A stretch of DNA of 63,733 nt, filler included, from Craspedostauros australis (GCA_030167865.1; 10 parts of 10 records of this genome joined end to end with filler, not necessarily neighbours in it); one strand, 5' to 3'. Positions 48,287-62,128 are shown, counted from the whole stretch's first letter. Numbers and translations are program-made. The notes: a model not told the origin generated them from the letters alone.

Positions 48287-49534
48287 TGTCTTGGCTGTGA
48301 TGTTGTGACTGTTGTTTCTGTTGTTGATGATGATGTTGGTGAAGTTGACAGTGACAGTGTCAGTAACAGTGATGGTGGGTGTGGAAGTGCTGCCTCAAAT
48401 GTTTGTGAGGGAATGAGGTTGCAGCGAAGGAGTGAGCTGCTCGATGATGCATGTGTGCCTGCATTTCCATATCGATGAAACTGTGATGTGTGGCGAGATA
48501 GAGCATAGTTTGGTGTGGTGTGGTGTGGTGTGGTGTGGTACGGCGTGGTTTGATTCAGTTTGATGCCTTCTGATGCCATTCCTTGATTGTTTCTGCCACC
48601 GACGGTCCACTCTCATTACGTGTCATCACATCTCATCAGAGAGAGAGAGAAAGAGAACGAAGAGAGACTGAATCGGAGGGAACCACGATGGTGACACGTT
48701 GCTGTCCATTTTCGTCATTCCTGGGTCGCTGATCATCGATCCATCACCGAGTCCATGATCAGATCAATTCAAATGTCCCTCCATCGATGATGCAGCGTTC
48801 GTTGTCTTCGCCTTCTTCGTTCGCCCTCATCATTGTTCTCATCGTTACCCTCTTCCGAAAGTATGATCGAAAGTATGGTCGTCTCGTTTGTTGTCACATG
48901 TTCGTTGTTTTTGTTGGTGTTGTCATTGGTTTTGGCTTTTGTTGTGTTGTTTGTTCGTGTTGGCATCTTGCCGTTCCTTGTTGTTCTCTTCATGACGTCA
49001 TGACATCATGACGTCATGACACATCACAGTTTCGGCTGTCCTGATCGTGACTCAGATATCTCGTGAATAGATGGATCAATGAAACAACTGACGAACGAAC
49101 CAAGACCAATGAGATGGAGATCAGGGGTGGCACCATAGCTCGTGCCTTTGCGTTCCCACGAGTATTAGTACATGTTGCTTGACGGAGCTACGAGTAGAGT
49201 ATGTACTATAATAGTGTGTATGGCATCACTATGTTCAACGAACATAGATCTACCTACCTACGCTTGCAAGACACATAGGTACGAGTACTCAAGGTTCACG
49301 TGTATTCATTCGCATCACGCTGCCTGTTCGTACGTTGTCCAAGTATCAGTATGTTGTGTTCCTTTGTGGGCCGCTATCTCTCAACTCCACTCTGATGCTG
49401 TCGGCAGCGCCACTCGTCCTGGTGGAGGAGTCTCGCTGTGGTGTTGACGTTGGTGTTGGTTTTGATGCTGTTGGTGGCACAGGTGCAGAATTAGCAGCTC
49501 TGTGTCCGTGTGCGGTACGAATACATCGCGGATC

Positions 49535-51171
49535 TCACTGTGACTTCTTGTGCAGAATCACATTGTATCTGGTATGCTTTGATTCGACAATCTTGACGTC
49601 GTCCACATCCCATTTGTACATGTTGGGTCCCTTCTCTTTCCAAAATTCATGACTCACACCACCCCAATCATTTGGAGCAACGCAGATTGGCAACGCGACG
49701 CTCTGGATAGAGACATACGAACCCGGCTTGACGATTCGCAGCATCTCCGTCGCCCACATATTGGCCCATTGCTCTTGCTTCTCTGCTTCTAGTTGGAGAA
49801 TGATCTTGGTTTTCCAATCGTCCTCTTCTGGATTGCACAATTCTTCCCGCTTGGCAGCGTAGTCGTCGTCACTGTGATTCGCGACCTTGTAGAGTTGCAA
49901 TGGATCAAACAATGGACTGTGTTCGCATGGGTATTCCCGAGTTGCAAAAGGGCAATGGCGGGGCACGAAGATGACAGTGAGTACAGAAGCTGGACCATGA
50001 CAGCAGAACACATCCCAAATCAGATACAGCTCAATCCGACTTACCTGATGTAGCCAGTGAACGCCATATCGAAAGCTTCATTCGGTACGAAGTTCAGGTC
50101 GGTCGAATCGCCGGTGCACACGCTACCCTTCCGAAACTTGTGAGCGTTCGCGGCGCCATCACCAACACTTCCAGCTCCCTCGTCTTGTGATCCCACCTGA
50201 AAGGCGTCATCCGCAGACAACAACAGATCCAAGATCTGATCTGCTCGCTTGGCATTGGCATCGATGTATTCGTTTCCATACACGGTGATGTCTGTCGCAT
50301 TGGAATATTCATGAATGAATTCCAGAGTCATGAACAGCTTCAATCCAATGCCGCAAGCGGATTCATAGATGTGATATCCTGACTCGATGTGTGGAATGAT
50401 ATGTTCGACATAAAACTGTCTCCAAACATTCTTTTCGTCGGAATATGACTGTGACCATCCATCAAACTTGTGATCTCGAAAGGTGCTGAGGAATGCAGCT
50501 TCATCGATGAGGAGAGCATCAACAGCAGCCCCATCAGCATCAACATCAGCATCGGCGTCGACATCGGCATTATCGGACGCAGGGTTCGCACTCTTTCCCT
50601 CATCTTTACTGTCTGACCCAGTGTCAAGATGTGTTTCGAATGGCTGCTTGTCATCTCCAAGGTACGTGACAGTGTTGCAGGGATCGTCCTCATCGTTCCA
50701 CCCATGCATCTTGGGATCTGCGGGACACTGGAATAGAATTCCATCTGAGGATCCTGATGGAACCGCACCTACCTTTGTGTTGGAAAGGTTGGCCAGACCG
50801 TTGCCTCCAAGGAGATTGAAATCCAGCGCCAAGTCACAAACCAGGAAGGTTGCACAAAGAGTGACGGCCATGCAGCACGTGAACTTGAGAGTTCGTGAGC
50901 ATCTCTGCTGGCAACTCTCAGCTGGCGAATGACCACTGTCGTATCTGTTTCTGGTCCCAAGTTTGTGTGCTGATGAAGACGATGACTGTCCATTCTGTCC
51001 AGCCATCAATCCCACCATCTCAACATCCTCCATATCATCATGGTATTCATCGAAGTCGCCATCGAAGCCATTATGTGTGTTCGTGTGGCCGTTGTTTTGA
51101 CGTGGCGGATTGGAGTGGGTAGATTCCTCCTCTTCCTCCTCTCCGTATTCTTGTGCGTATCGACCCTGCAT
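49535..51171 (-). CDS. Type II membrane class I SAM-dependent methyltransferase, two exons (50045-51171, 49535-49916)
   Basis: One N-terminal TM helix. Motif I IYESACGIGL, VYGNEY, GDSTDLNFVPNEAFDMAFTGYI and EMLRIVKPG. Intron 49917-50044 is GTAAGT...CAG. Confidence 0.85.
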
Positions 51172-51869
51172 GGTGCAATGATTCCTGACTTGTGCTCTGG
51201 CAATAGAATGGAATGGAATGGAATGGAATAGAGTAATGTTCTCTCGTACTCGTACTCGTACTCGTATGTATTGCAACGCTCCTGCTAACTGTGGACCACT
51301 ACTTGATTGAACTGAACAGTGACTGCCGACAGTGTAGATTCAGCTTCGTTGTGAAGAATGCTTGTTCTTGACCTGCACCAATGCTCGATCTCGTGCCAAC
51401 GTCCTTTGTCTTCCTCTTCCTCTGTGTTCCTCGTTTCCTCCTTTCCTTCTTGAGCTGTCTTCTTTGTTCAGGTGGTGATTGGTGTTGTGTTGTCTTTGGT
51501 TGGTGACAGGGACACCCGGCAAAATGGGTCGAATTAGTCTATTTTGGAGTCTACTGACCCAGCCAATCAAAACTCGTGGTTTTTGCGATGACAAAAAACC
51601 CCGCACGAGGAATGTTCTCGAATCAAATTTTCGTTCTCAGGAACTCTTTGAAGGTCATATCTTCCAGTTTTATTTATGGGAAAGCCATGGAGAAACTCCG
51701 AAAATGACTCTGCAATACTGTCCCTTGATTTAATCCCGACCAGTCGTGCGAAAACCGAACCCTCGATTTNNNNNNNNNNNNNNNNNNNNNNNNNNNNNNN
51801 NNNNNNNNNNNNNTTAATTAATTAANNNNNNNNNNNNNNNNNNNNNNNNNNNNNNNNNNNNNNNNNNNN

Positions 51870-53528
51870 AATCCTCAGTCCCATCGGTAGGTGGTTGGAC
51901 TCCATGACCGGGGGTGGCAAGTCGAGTGGAGGCGTTGTGGTTCCGTCGTTGAAGACGTACTTCGTCACCTCCGTCCATTCTCCGTTCAGGAAGATAGACG
52001 ATGTGACGCCCTTGTACTTCACTTCGCCGCCTGTCGTGTCGAAGGTCTCATCCACCACGTTGTTCGTGAGCTCGAAGAATGTGCTCGTCACCTTCCGCGT
52101 CCCCGTTGTTTCGGAAAGATCCACCCTTCCCGATGCTCCATTGAACTCGGTGTGTACCAGCATATCGAAGTGCTCCCGACCTTCCAACGTGACGGATGAC
52201 TCGTCGATGGTACCGGCCGCGACCTCTTCCTGCTTCTGTCTCCACACCTCGCAGGCTGACAGTCCGAGACCAACCGTTGCATCGTACAGGAAGAACATGG
52301 TTGCCCACTGCGATTCCAGGAATGATTCATCGAAGACTCCAACTCCATCTGTGATGTTGTCATGAGGTGGTAAGAGAGTGGAAAGATATTGCAGGTCGCT
52401 CGGATGCGATGTCTTCCATTTCTGCAAAACTGTCATCAACTCTTCCATGGCTGGGTTGTACTCTGGCAGCCCGGGAGATGATGCCACGATGCCAGTCCCC
52501 AGTCCCATCCTGTCACGGTGTGAACCTTTGGCGAATGGCTTGCGATTGAAGGCCCGGATAGCTGGATCTGTAAAAAACCAGTTGTGCTTGCCTGTGCCAG
52601 CGATACCTTGCTCGATGGCCTCTGGCAAGTAGATATCAATCTCAACTTCTCCTATGATGGCAAAGAAGTACGTGAACTCTGTCCTTTTCAGCCTTTCGAT
52701 GGTGCGCCTAGTGGCTTCTGGCGACACAACACGTGGAAGACCTACCATGACCAGTTGCATGTCCGGATCATACTCCTGCGCGGCCATCTGCAACCCTCGC
52801 ACGTACGCTTTTCCGTATGCATCATCGGGATAGATTACCCCGACGTGTTTCACCTTGACAACATCGTGGAAGTATCGGATGACAGCAACAGCCGTGTCAT
52901 CGTCAGCTGAAACGGTGCGAGCGAAGAGGGGGTACTGCGACTTGTCGTTCAATGTTGCAGATGTGGACAGACCAGATATCTGCGGGTAACCGCGGAGCCC
53001 GGTGATGATGCTGGTTGGAATGGAGACCGCGGACCGGACGGCTCCCAGAAAGGCGCACGGCAATGGCGGCGGCACTGATGCTGGGTCGTCTCCGGTGACT
53101 AACGGGACAGGATCCCGATCAGTGATGCGGATGACATGGTTGACGGAGATGCTTTCTTTGCCTTCCGAATCCTCCAGCTCCACCGTGAATCTGATGGGAC
53201 ATCGTTTGTTGAGACCCTCGATCTCTGGCGCGATGTCGCCATTCCCCTCGTTGAGGTCGTGAGCAGCTTGCAATATCGCTGCGGTGCCTTCGAAGGTACC
53301 CACCAGGTTGAATTTGGTCTTTGTAGCAACTGTGTACGGAAGCAGCGTCGCTATGTGGCATATGGCCATCTCGGGTGATCCAGACTGGTCTGCGGAGAGG
53401 AGGTCCAGGTTCCCCCGTCTCTGAAGCCGCCCTTCCAGCAAGGCCGACTTGCGGGCTTCCGCAACTGCCTCCAGCGAGGCCTGGATGGGTCCCATCGTCT
53501 GTCTCTTCGCTTGTGTGATCTCCAGCAC
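51870..53528 (-). CDS. Class C (GABA-B-like) GPCR, N-terminal Venus-flytrap/ANF-receptor part; start uncertain
   Basis: AFLGAVRSAVS, PQISGLSTSATLNDKSQYPLFARTV, DDAYGKAY, FLYDAT, FNGASGRV and FNDGTTTPPLDLP. Truncated at ...HLPMGLRI by the contig end. Confidence 0.88.
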
Positions 53529-54945
53529 GAGCGTTATCCTCGTACCTTGTTGCTTGGTTGCGCTGTTCTGCTTCTCTGTTCAATTGCTCTGGGCGTGGTT
53601 CACGTTGAGTTCGCCAGAATGCGCTCGTTTCAGTCGTGCCGGGGGATACAGTGTCTATCCAGAGAGAGGCGAGCTGGATGGGTGGTGATGGTGGATGGAG
53701 ATGATGGTTTGCAATTCCGCAACAGCTTTCACGATGTACTGGCTTCCTCAGAGTGGTCGTCTCTACTTCCTCGGAGCGTACACCTGGATGTGGCGCGAGA
53801 GCGGTCTTGTGCTGCTTTGCCTTCCACTTTCCAAGACGCAGGTATGAACATTGAAATGGTGGAGCATGTTTTGGGTGTGGCCCATTGTGGTGATTTCCAG
53901 CACGAAGGGAATCATCCACCTCCGCCTTTCGGAAGAACCTAGTTGCTGTCATCTTGGCCTTCTTGTGTGCTGGTTGCTGTGATGGTTCCCTTCTGTTCCT
54001 TCAGTCCTTCGCAAGATTGGTGGGGTTTTTGGTGCTTTGTCCATCACGAACCACCCCTGGATTCTCTTTCTGTCCGTGGTGACGCCAACACGAACTGAAA
54101 ACCACGTTTCTCAACAAGAAACGTGGTTTGTTGTGGTCTCTTTCGTGTGGTTTTCATTTGCTCGCCTTGTTTGGAACCGGAGACACACAACGAGTTGCAG
54201 ACAGAGTAAATGACTCTCGACTGTCACGCGTGATTTGCACGTTGAGAAACTTTCAATACCGCTTGATGTTCCTCGTCCTCCAGTTTTGCCACGACACATT
54301 CGTCGCTACCAGTTTCTGCTCGCAAGGTGTAGCTCCTTCGTCCGTTTATACTGACGGACGAAATAGAATGATGTGTCCGCTTGTGGTCTTCCAATACCAA
54401 TGGTATTGAAACAAAAGGTATCATGTTCGATCACATGGATTGAATGATATGTCGTAAGCGTGTCCCAGGTGTGAGCCAATTGTGTCCATTCAACAACTCT
54501 CTACCAATGGAGAGACTAGAGTGATTGTCCTTGGCCAGATGCTTGGCCGAATGCTGTGAGTATTGCCATCCAAACACTCGGAGCTACTTGAAGTACCACA
54601 GGTGTAGCTCGTACGGTGTGCTCATACTCCATCACGAACACACGGTATCATAGGTACAAAGGCGCTTCGCGTGATGTTGCTCTGCGAGTACGAGCGGCTC
54701 AAGTCAACTACGTATCATACATAACCTACCACACCAAAATGCGCTGATCACAATCGTCATCCAGGCCTCTCTATTTATACCGAGAGAGAGACAGATAGAA
54801 CGAGAGAGTTGCGTGACTCGTGTATGCCAGCAATCACATTCCTGCTCCTGTGCGTAAACAAGTAGACCACGCACTTGTCTCTAATTTTTCACACCCCTGC
54901 TCACGCGTACCAATATGTAAGAATTGCTTGGACAAACGACAACGA

Positions 54946-56448
54946 TCACTCTTCCCGACTCCATCTGCTGGATTCCTCGGACGAAGAACCTTCATAGTTT
55001 CGGAAGTCTTCGTCGCTCTCCGCGTCCTCCGTGTCGGAAATGGAACGTTTTGGTATCTGCTCTCCGCTCTCTGCTTCGTGTGCCGCGCTGCCTTCCAAGA
55101 CAAGTGCTTCAGTGCAAGTGGAATATTCATTTTCAGAGCACTGAGATTGCGATCGTGACTGCGAATGGCGTCTTCTCACCGATACGTTGTCGGTTGATGT
55201 TTGTGCTTCCAGGTCCGCCACTTGGCCGCTCTCGCCCGATTCTCCTGTGGTGCTACCTCCAGCAGTTTTCGATGTGAAAGACGCGGCGGTTTGCCCTCCG
55301 CGTGCGCCGACATCCTTCGCTCCAGCTGATTCTGGAAGAGCAAGCATACGACTGTGCTGGTGGTTGCTGCTGGTGAGAGATTGCGAATTCATCTGCTCGG
55401 CAACCGCCATCACGTCAGCGTCGCTGGCGAGAAAGCTGCATCTGTGGGAGCTGCCGGACTGTGCTGCGACTGCTAACAATGCTTGCAGCTGTGTCTGCAG
55501 GCGTTGGTTCTCGCGGAGAAGTTCCTCGGGAGACTTCGTGGTCAGGATCTTCAGTCCGTCCGTGCCGACATCTTCAAAGACAGAGCCCCTTTGAGTGTCG
55601 TCATGGGGCATTCGCATGCTCCCAAAGCTCGATGTCTGACCGTCTTGCCATCGGCGCCGCCGCTTTCGTTGGTCCTCCTTCAAGAATGACACCTTGGGGA
55701 AGAAGATGAACAACAGCACGGAACATGAAGTCACGAAGATGATTCCGGCGAAGACAAAGAAGAAAGCATCGGGACTGTCCTGCGCCAGCACCAGCACCGG
55801 CACCCCGATGAAGGCGACCAGCAGGAAGCTCACCATAGACCGGAAGATGTAGTCCGACTCAGCGAACTCTAGCGAGATATTCTGTGCCAGATGTGCCTGT
55901 CTGGACGCAACCGTGAGGACGCCCAAGTTCAACACGCCGAGGGGGATGAGGAATGGGAGCAACGCATCAGTCTTGCATCGACCGTACTGCCCGACGACCC
56001 GCCCGAACCGATCTCGTGTCTGGATGTCATACGCCCATCCAAGGGGTGCTATTGCCGTCCACAAGGCCAGGATGGTGACGTTGACGCCGAGCATGATGAT
56101 CATGGGCTGTGCCACATCCATCGCCGTCACCTTGATCCGTCTGAACCTCTTGCTGTGGAAGATACGGTTGATGCGGTAGGTCTTGGTGAAGAGAGCGGAG
56201 AAGACCACTGAAAATCCGATGGACAGCATCCATGGCGTGATGCGGCATGCGATGTTACATCCATCGTCGCTGGCGATGCCTTCGTCGATGCTGAGGGGTA
56301 TGATGGCCAGTGCCAGGACTGCCGCACCCAGGCACACGATGTAGAGGAAGATCGGCTGCGAGGCACGGACGACACGCGTTTCGGAATGCTTGTACGTCCA
56401 TCCCGCGCAGATGATCGCCAGGAACACTGGGATGGCGCAGAGTATCAA
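54946..56448 (-). CDS. Class C (GABA-B-like) GPCR, 7TM and C-terminal part
   Basis: RVVRASQPIFL, PWMLSIGFSVVFSALFTKTYRINRIF, EFAESDYI and LFIFFPK, followed by a short coiled coil (EELLRENQRLQTQL). Confidence 0.9.
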   Translation of the reverse strand: MILCAIPVFLAIICAGWTYKHSETRVVRASQPIFLYIVCLGAAVLALAIIPLSIDEGIASDDGCNIACRITPWMLSIGFSVVFSALFTKTYRINRIFHSKRFRRIKVTAMDVAQPMIIMLGVNVTILALWTAIAPLGWAYDIQTRDRFGRVVGQYGRCKTDALLPFLIPLGVLNLGVLTVASRQAHLAQNISLEFAESDYIFRSMVSFLLVAFIGVPVLVLAQDSPDAFFFVFAGIIFVTSCSVLLFIFFPKVSFLKEDQRKRRRRWQDGQTSSFGSMRMPHDDTQRGSVFEDVGTDGLKILTTKSPEELLRENQRLQTQLQALLAVAAQSGSSHRCSFLASDADVMAVAEQMNSQSLTSSNHQHSRMLALPESAGAKDVGARGGQTAASFTSKTAGGSTTGESGESGQVADLEAQTSTDNVSVRRRHSQSRSQSQCSENEYSTCTEALVLEGSAAHEAESGEQIPKRSISDTEDAESDEDFRNYEGSSSEESSRWSREE

Positions 56449-56548
56449 NNNNNNNNNNNNNNNNNNNNNNNNNNNNNNNNNNNNNNNNNNNNTTAATTAA
56501 TTAANNNNNNNNNNNNNNNNNNNNNNNNNNNNNNNNNNNNNNNNNNNN

Positions 56549-59500
56549 GTCGACATCTGTCTCAATGTCAGAAGCAGAAGGTGAAGATCAGATGACAGAA
56601 GTACATCAAGATCACGGATACATGTAGAGGAGTTCAAATGGCAAGTACTCGTGGAGTAGAAGCCATTAGTAAACGAACGGAGTGTCGAATGCGGAGTACG
56701 CATCGAGCACGGAGTGACACGTAGTACAAACACGCGCTATTGAGAGAGAGAGAGAGAGAGAGATAACAAGCAAGAGCGAGAGAGTATCTCGCGTACCGAC
56801 TCATAGTCGGGTTCAACCAATCTGTGAAGAGACAGACGCGCCGAGAGCATCGGGCAAGACTACGGAGACACCAAGAGGATCGGAGTGCTTCAACTAATGA
56901 AATAGCAAACAGAGAAACAGTAACCACCACCGTCTTCCACGATCGTAGGCTCCCAACATCGGGACTTGCCAACACGTTTATAAACGATAGATCAGGGCGA
57001 GCCCGTGAATCAGATCGTGCGGAGACAACACGTTCAGGAGAGCAGCAAGATGAATGAGCGAGGAAGAGGAATTGAAAGACATCCCTCTGCCCAACCCGGC
57101 TATCAAGCAAGAAGAAGGCGCGAGTGAGACTCGACCTCAACCACAGAAGGAAGCGGGCGCGTCCACTGTCCTGTCTAGCGCAGTAGCAAGCGCAATCGAC
57201 GAGACCGACGAGGAACGGTTAGAGAGACTACGGCAAAAGCAGAAGAGCATTCTCAAGAACGTCAAACAAGAGGAGACTGGTGTGAGGAAGAGCATTCGCA
57301 CGGCCAAACAAGGTGTAGAAAGTGAGACACCATCAGAAGGAGAAATTGTGACGAAAATAATCTCCACGCAATTACGAGCAGAAATCGAAAAAGTGGTCAC
57401 ACGGAAACAAGCGGAAACAAGGAGCGTGCGCGCACCACCAACGAAACAACGAATCAAGATGGCGACGACAGCCAACACGAACAAGCGACGCATCAAGGCG
57501 CCGATGTTCAGCGGTGACCAAGAAGACTATAACACATGGGAGTCACAGGCAAGAGCGTACGCGCGTACGCAGAAGACAAGAGACGTGATGTTGGGCAAGA
57601 CGAAAATCCCAACAGTAAGTGAGATCGAGGCAGCCACCGATGACGTCAAGACAGAGATGGAAGAGACCCACGACCTGGCAGCCGACTGCTTCAGTGATCT
57701 AATGCTCATGATGGACGCAGAGAAAGGAAAAGGCAAGCAAGCCATCCAATACATCAACCAATGCGTCTCCGACGACTATCCCGAAGGAGATCCTCACGCG
57801 GCGTGGAACGTTCTCGCGGAGAAGTTCCGGCCGTCCGACGCAGCAACGAAGATCAAACTCAAGCGTCAATTCAACAACAAGAAGATGAAGAGAGACTCGG
57901 ACCCCGACATCTACATCACACGACTCGAGGGTCTACGATCGCGTCTCCACGATGTCAAGTACGAGATCACGGACGAAGAAATGATCATGCAAATCCTCAG
58001 CACGGTGAGCAACGAGTACAGAACTCACATCGTGAACTTCCAACATCAACTCACGTTCAATCCGGAACTGGTTACCATCAACGCGATCAGAGGAGTACTC
58101 CGCACTGCATACGCCACTCATCAAGGAGGCAAGGCATACGTGGACGACTTCCAAGACAGCAACACGAAGAGCAACAACACCGGCTTCACAAGCACCGGTA
58201 ACTTCAAGGGTACTTGTCACAACTGTGGGGTGTATGGTCATAGATCTGCGGATTGTCCCGAACGAAAGAGAGCGAACAACAAGATGAACGGAAAGCGCAA
58301 CAACAAAAACAAGGGAAGTGGCTTCAACGGGAAGTGCAACTACTGTGGCATCTTTGGACACCGCGAGGCGGAGTGCCGAAAGAAGAAGTTCAACAACAAG
58401 AAGAAGGCCGACGAGCAGGCCAACACAACAACGGAAGGACACGACAAGAGCGGGCACGAGATGGTACTCTCAGCCAGAGACACGCTGCTCTGCACGTTGG
58501 TGTCCAACGACTACGTCGAAGACTCCTTCTTCGATAACTTCGTGTGCGTCGAAAGTGACGACGAAGTGCAGGACGATGAGATCGTCCCGGAGTGGCTCAG
58601 CGAAGAGTCAATCATCCACGAGGTGGATCCAAGACGCGAAGTGAGCTACGAATGCTGCTTCAACGCGAACGACCTGATTGGTCCATACGGCGACGAAGCT
58701 GAGATGGACGACGAGGCCAACGATAGCGACATCAAAGAGGCCATGAGCGATGACGAGGACGACGACGACGACGACGAGGACGGCGCAGATGAAGACGACG
58801 AGGCGAACCGCGACGAGTTGCCTCCTCCTCAAGCTGGGAGATACGAGAGAACGGGAACCTTCATCAATCAAGGCCAAGGCGAAACGAGCCGCGCCGCGGC
58901 GCCGCCTCCTCCAGCGGCGGGGAACAACAGATCGGGCATCTTCGACGAAGATGACAGCGACGAAACCGAAGATCATCCAAACGACAGCTTCAATCCAAAC
59001 GAGCGTGTCGTCTATCCAGCGAATATCGACTTCCCAGATATTGAGGATCCCAATAGTGTCGACTATCTCCTCCGTCACAGCGTCACTCCAAACGCAACAA
59101 CAACAGCATTGATAATCCAAAAGCAGCTCATCTTTGACGCAGTAATGGAAGCGGGGATGCGACTGTTCGCAGGGACTGCACGAGGAGTGCTCAGACCAAT
59201 ATGGGTGAACATGATGGGATCCATCCTATCCGAGAACTTCGAGTCAATCGAAGAGATTCTTACCAATTCGGTCGTCATCAACCGCGTACTGGAAGCGAAC
59301 GACACAGAGACGATTCCAGAGACGGATCTGCACTACATCCTTGAAGGATGTATGCGTGTACTCTTGCGAGAGCGATCACGCGTCCACCCATATGATCCAG
59401 CCACAGGATCACACCGAAGCAACACGATTTCATCGGACTACGCGCAGCTATCCGATGAGACCGACGACGGACATCACGAGAATCCATGGAACGAACATGG

Positions 59501-59996
59501 AGTCCACGTCGACGAAGAAGACGAAGACAACTTCATGACCGATACAGCTGCAGCAGCTGTGGAGCAGCTCCACGAGCTGAGCACCAAGCACAAGGACAAG
59601 GACAAGGTCAACAAGGACACCTGGCTCGCCGACAGTGGAGCTTCGTGTCACATCGTCAATTCAGACGCCACTCTCTTCAACGTGCGGCACATCAAGTCAT
59701 TCGTCCAAGTGAGAGACAGCACGAAGCTGGACTCTCCCAAAATGGGATCCATTCGCTTGAAGGTCAAGCAGCGAGACAACACTGGCCACATCATCCGGCT
59801 CGATGATGTGAAGTACACACCGAAAATGGCGGTGAACCTTTTCTCAACGAACAAGGCTCTGTACAACGGTTACCAACTTGGTAGCAACGGCATTCTGATG
59901 GACATCATCAATGGATCCGGAACGAAGATCGTATTCGACCGAGTCTTCCCCACAGCCAACGGATTCATCACGGGAGTGCAGATGCATCCCATCATG
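56549..59996 (+). mobile_element. Ty1/copia LTR retrotransposon, 5' part (putative LTR ~56549-56958)
   Basis: A non-coding leader runs (t)gtcg...caaca and is followed by the gag-protease ORF. Both ends are contig breaks. Confidence 0.85.
57054..59996 (+). CDS. Copia Gag-Pol, partial: Gag, two CCHC knuckles, long spacer, aspartic protease
   Basis: APMFSG...YNTWE, AWNVLAEKF, DPDIYITRLEGLRSRL, CHNCGVYGHRSADC, CNYCGIFGHREAEC, WLADSGASCH and LDDVKYTPKMAVNLFS. Confidence 0.92.
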
Positions 59997-60096
59997 NNNN
60001 NNNNNNNNNNNNNNNNNNNNNNNNNNNNNNNNNNNNNNNNTTAATTAATTAANNNNNNNNNNNNNNNNNNNNNNNNNNNNNNNNNNNNNNNNNNNN

Positions 60097-60636
60097 TGGG
60101 GGTTGCGATCGACGTGAAGAATCCTTTCGACCGACTTGAGTGCTTTGCCGACTACACAATGCATGGTGTGGGATATAGGGTGATGGTTGCATAAGGTATA
60201 CGTAAGATATTCGGAAGGTATAGAGTGGAATGTTCGGAAGGATTGTGTCGGCGACAGGTGGCAGGTAGCAGGTCAGTAGAGTACATGATGTGAAGGGGTG
60301 CACAGTGCCGACAAGTTGGAGAATGACACATTGAGAAACGCACAGTTTCGGCACCATTGTGGGTGCGATTGTTTGCAGCATCATCGTGAAGGAATCTGAA
60401 AGGCATGATTGGAGGCAATAACACCTTCACGGCGGCTTCCATCAATCACAACAGAGCCATGCAAATCGACAAATCACCAAGCGAAGAAGTGCAACCAACT
60501 GCCCCATTGCAATTCGCAACCGCTGCTTTGGTGCTGGCATTCATGCCAAGGCTTCGATGGTACAAGTATTGACATCAGTGCACCTTCACTCACCATCGCG
60601 ACGGAATTGATGGTCGTAATACTCGTTGTACTTCAT
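60097..60636 (-). CDS. 5' end of an unknown spliced gene (exons 60594-60636, 60097-60151)
   Basis: A CA-rich leader and cacc-ATG give MKYNEYYDHQFRRD, then a GTGAGT donor at 60593 and a TAG acceptor at 60152 give VGKALKSVERILHVDRNP. Confidence 0.45.
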
Positions 60637-61526
60637 GGTGCTCGAGCTTGAAGGTGTTTCTGGTTGTGGTGGAGTCGTGGTGGTGTTGTGTTTGAGTTGT
60701 TCGGTCTTTCGATTTGTGTGGATGCTCCTCTCTTTCTCTGTTTGTGATGTCGGTATGGATGGGTGCAGGTTTCGTCGTCCCTGTCGTTGCTTCTCTCTCT
60801 ATCTCTATCTCTCGCTCTGCGTGCGGTGCGTTGCGTTTGGTTGCCTTTTGGCCATCTCCTCCTCCTTTCTTCTTCTTCTGTCGTGCGTTTTTGGATTCGT
60901 TTTGTTTCTCACGGAACAAGATTTGGATCCTCGAAGATCCACGAATCAACCCACGGAGTCGTGGCTCGTTGTCACGATGGCGGGTTTGGGAATCCTTGTT
61001 GGTGGTGTCGCTTCCTTCGGGTGGACATCGTGGAAGTTGTGAACATCATCACGGCTTCATCCATTATCGTTTGTGCACGACATGGCTTGCACGAGTACGC
61101 GTGTCAACCGTGTTGAGTGCGAGTATGGAAGTTGCAACTATCATTCGGGCTGTACTTATTCGTATGACACGATGGCGTATGACTGCGAGCAGAGCAAATC
61201 GCTGCCAAAGTCAGACGTGGTTCACGAATGAATGATCCAACACAGCAATGACTGCTCCCTCCGCCCAGCACTCTGACACCGTTGGTTTCTCTGGATTGCG
61301 ACATCGCGTCCTGCACAACTGACAACTCGTCATCGATTTGTGCAAATCACGCCTTGCCATTCTCTCTCTCTCTCTCCCACTTCACCCCATTCGTCACCCG
61401 ACGTTCAACGACAAGAGAGACTAGCGGAGTGCGCCCATCCATCTCTAGCCATCCATACCGCACGCACATCAGTACCTCCAATCCATTCCCCCCATCAGAC
61501 GATGCGTCTGCCGCAGCAGAATCTGA

Positions 61527-62128
<602 letters not shown>

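Noticed and set aside
45274..49430. Apparent 2.3-kb tandem duplication
   Set aside because: Separated by a linker and starting at the same base; these are alternative haplotigs.
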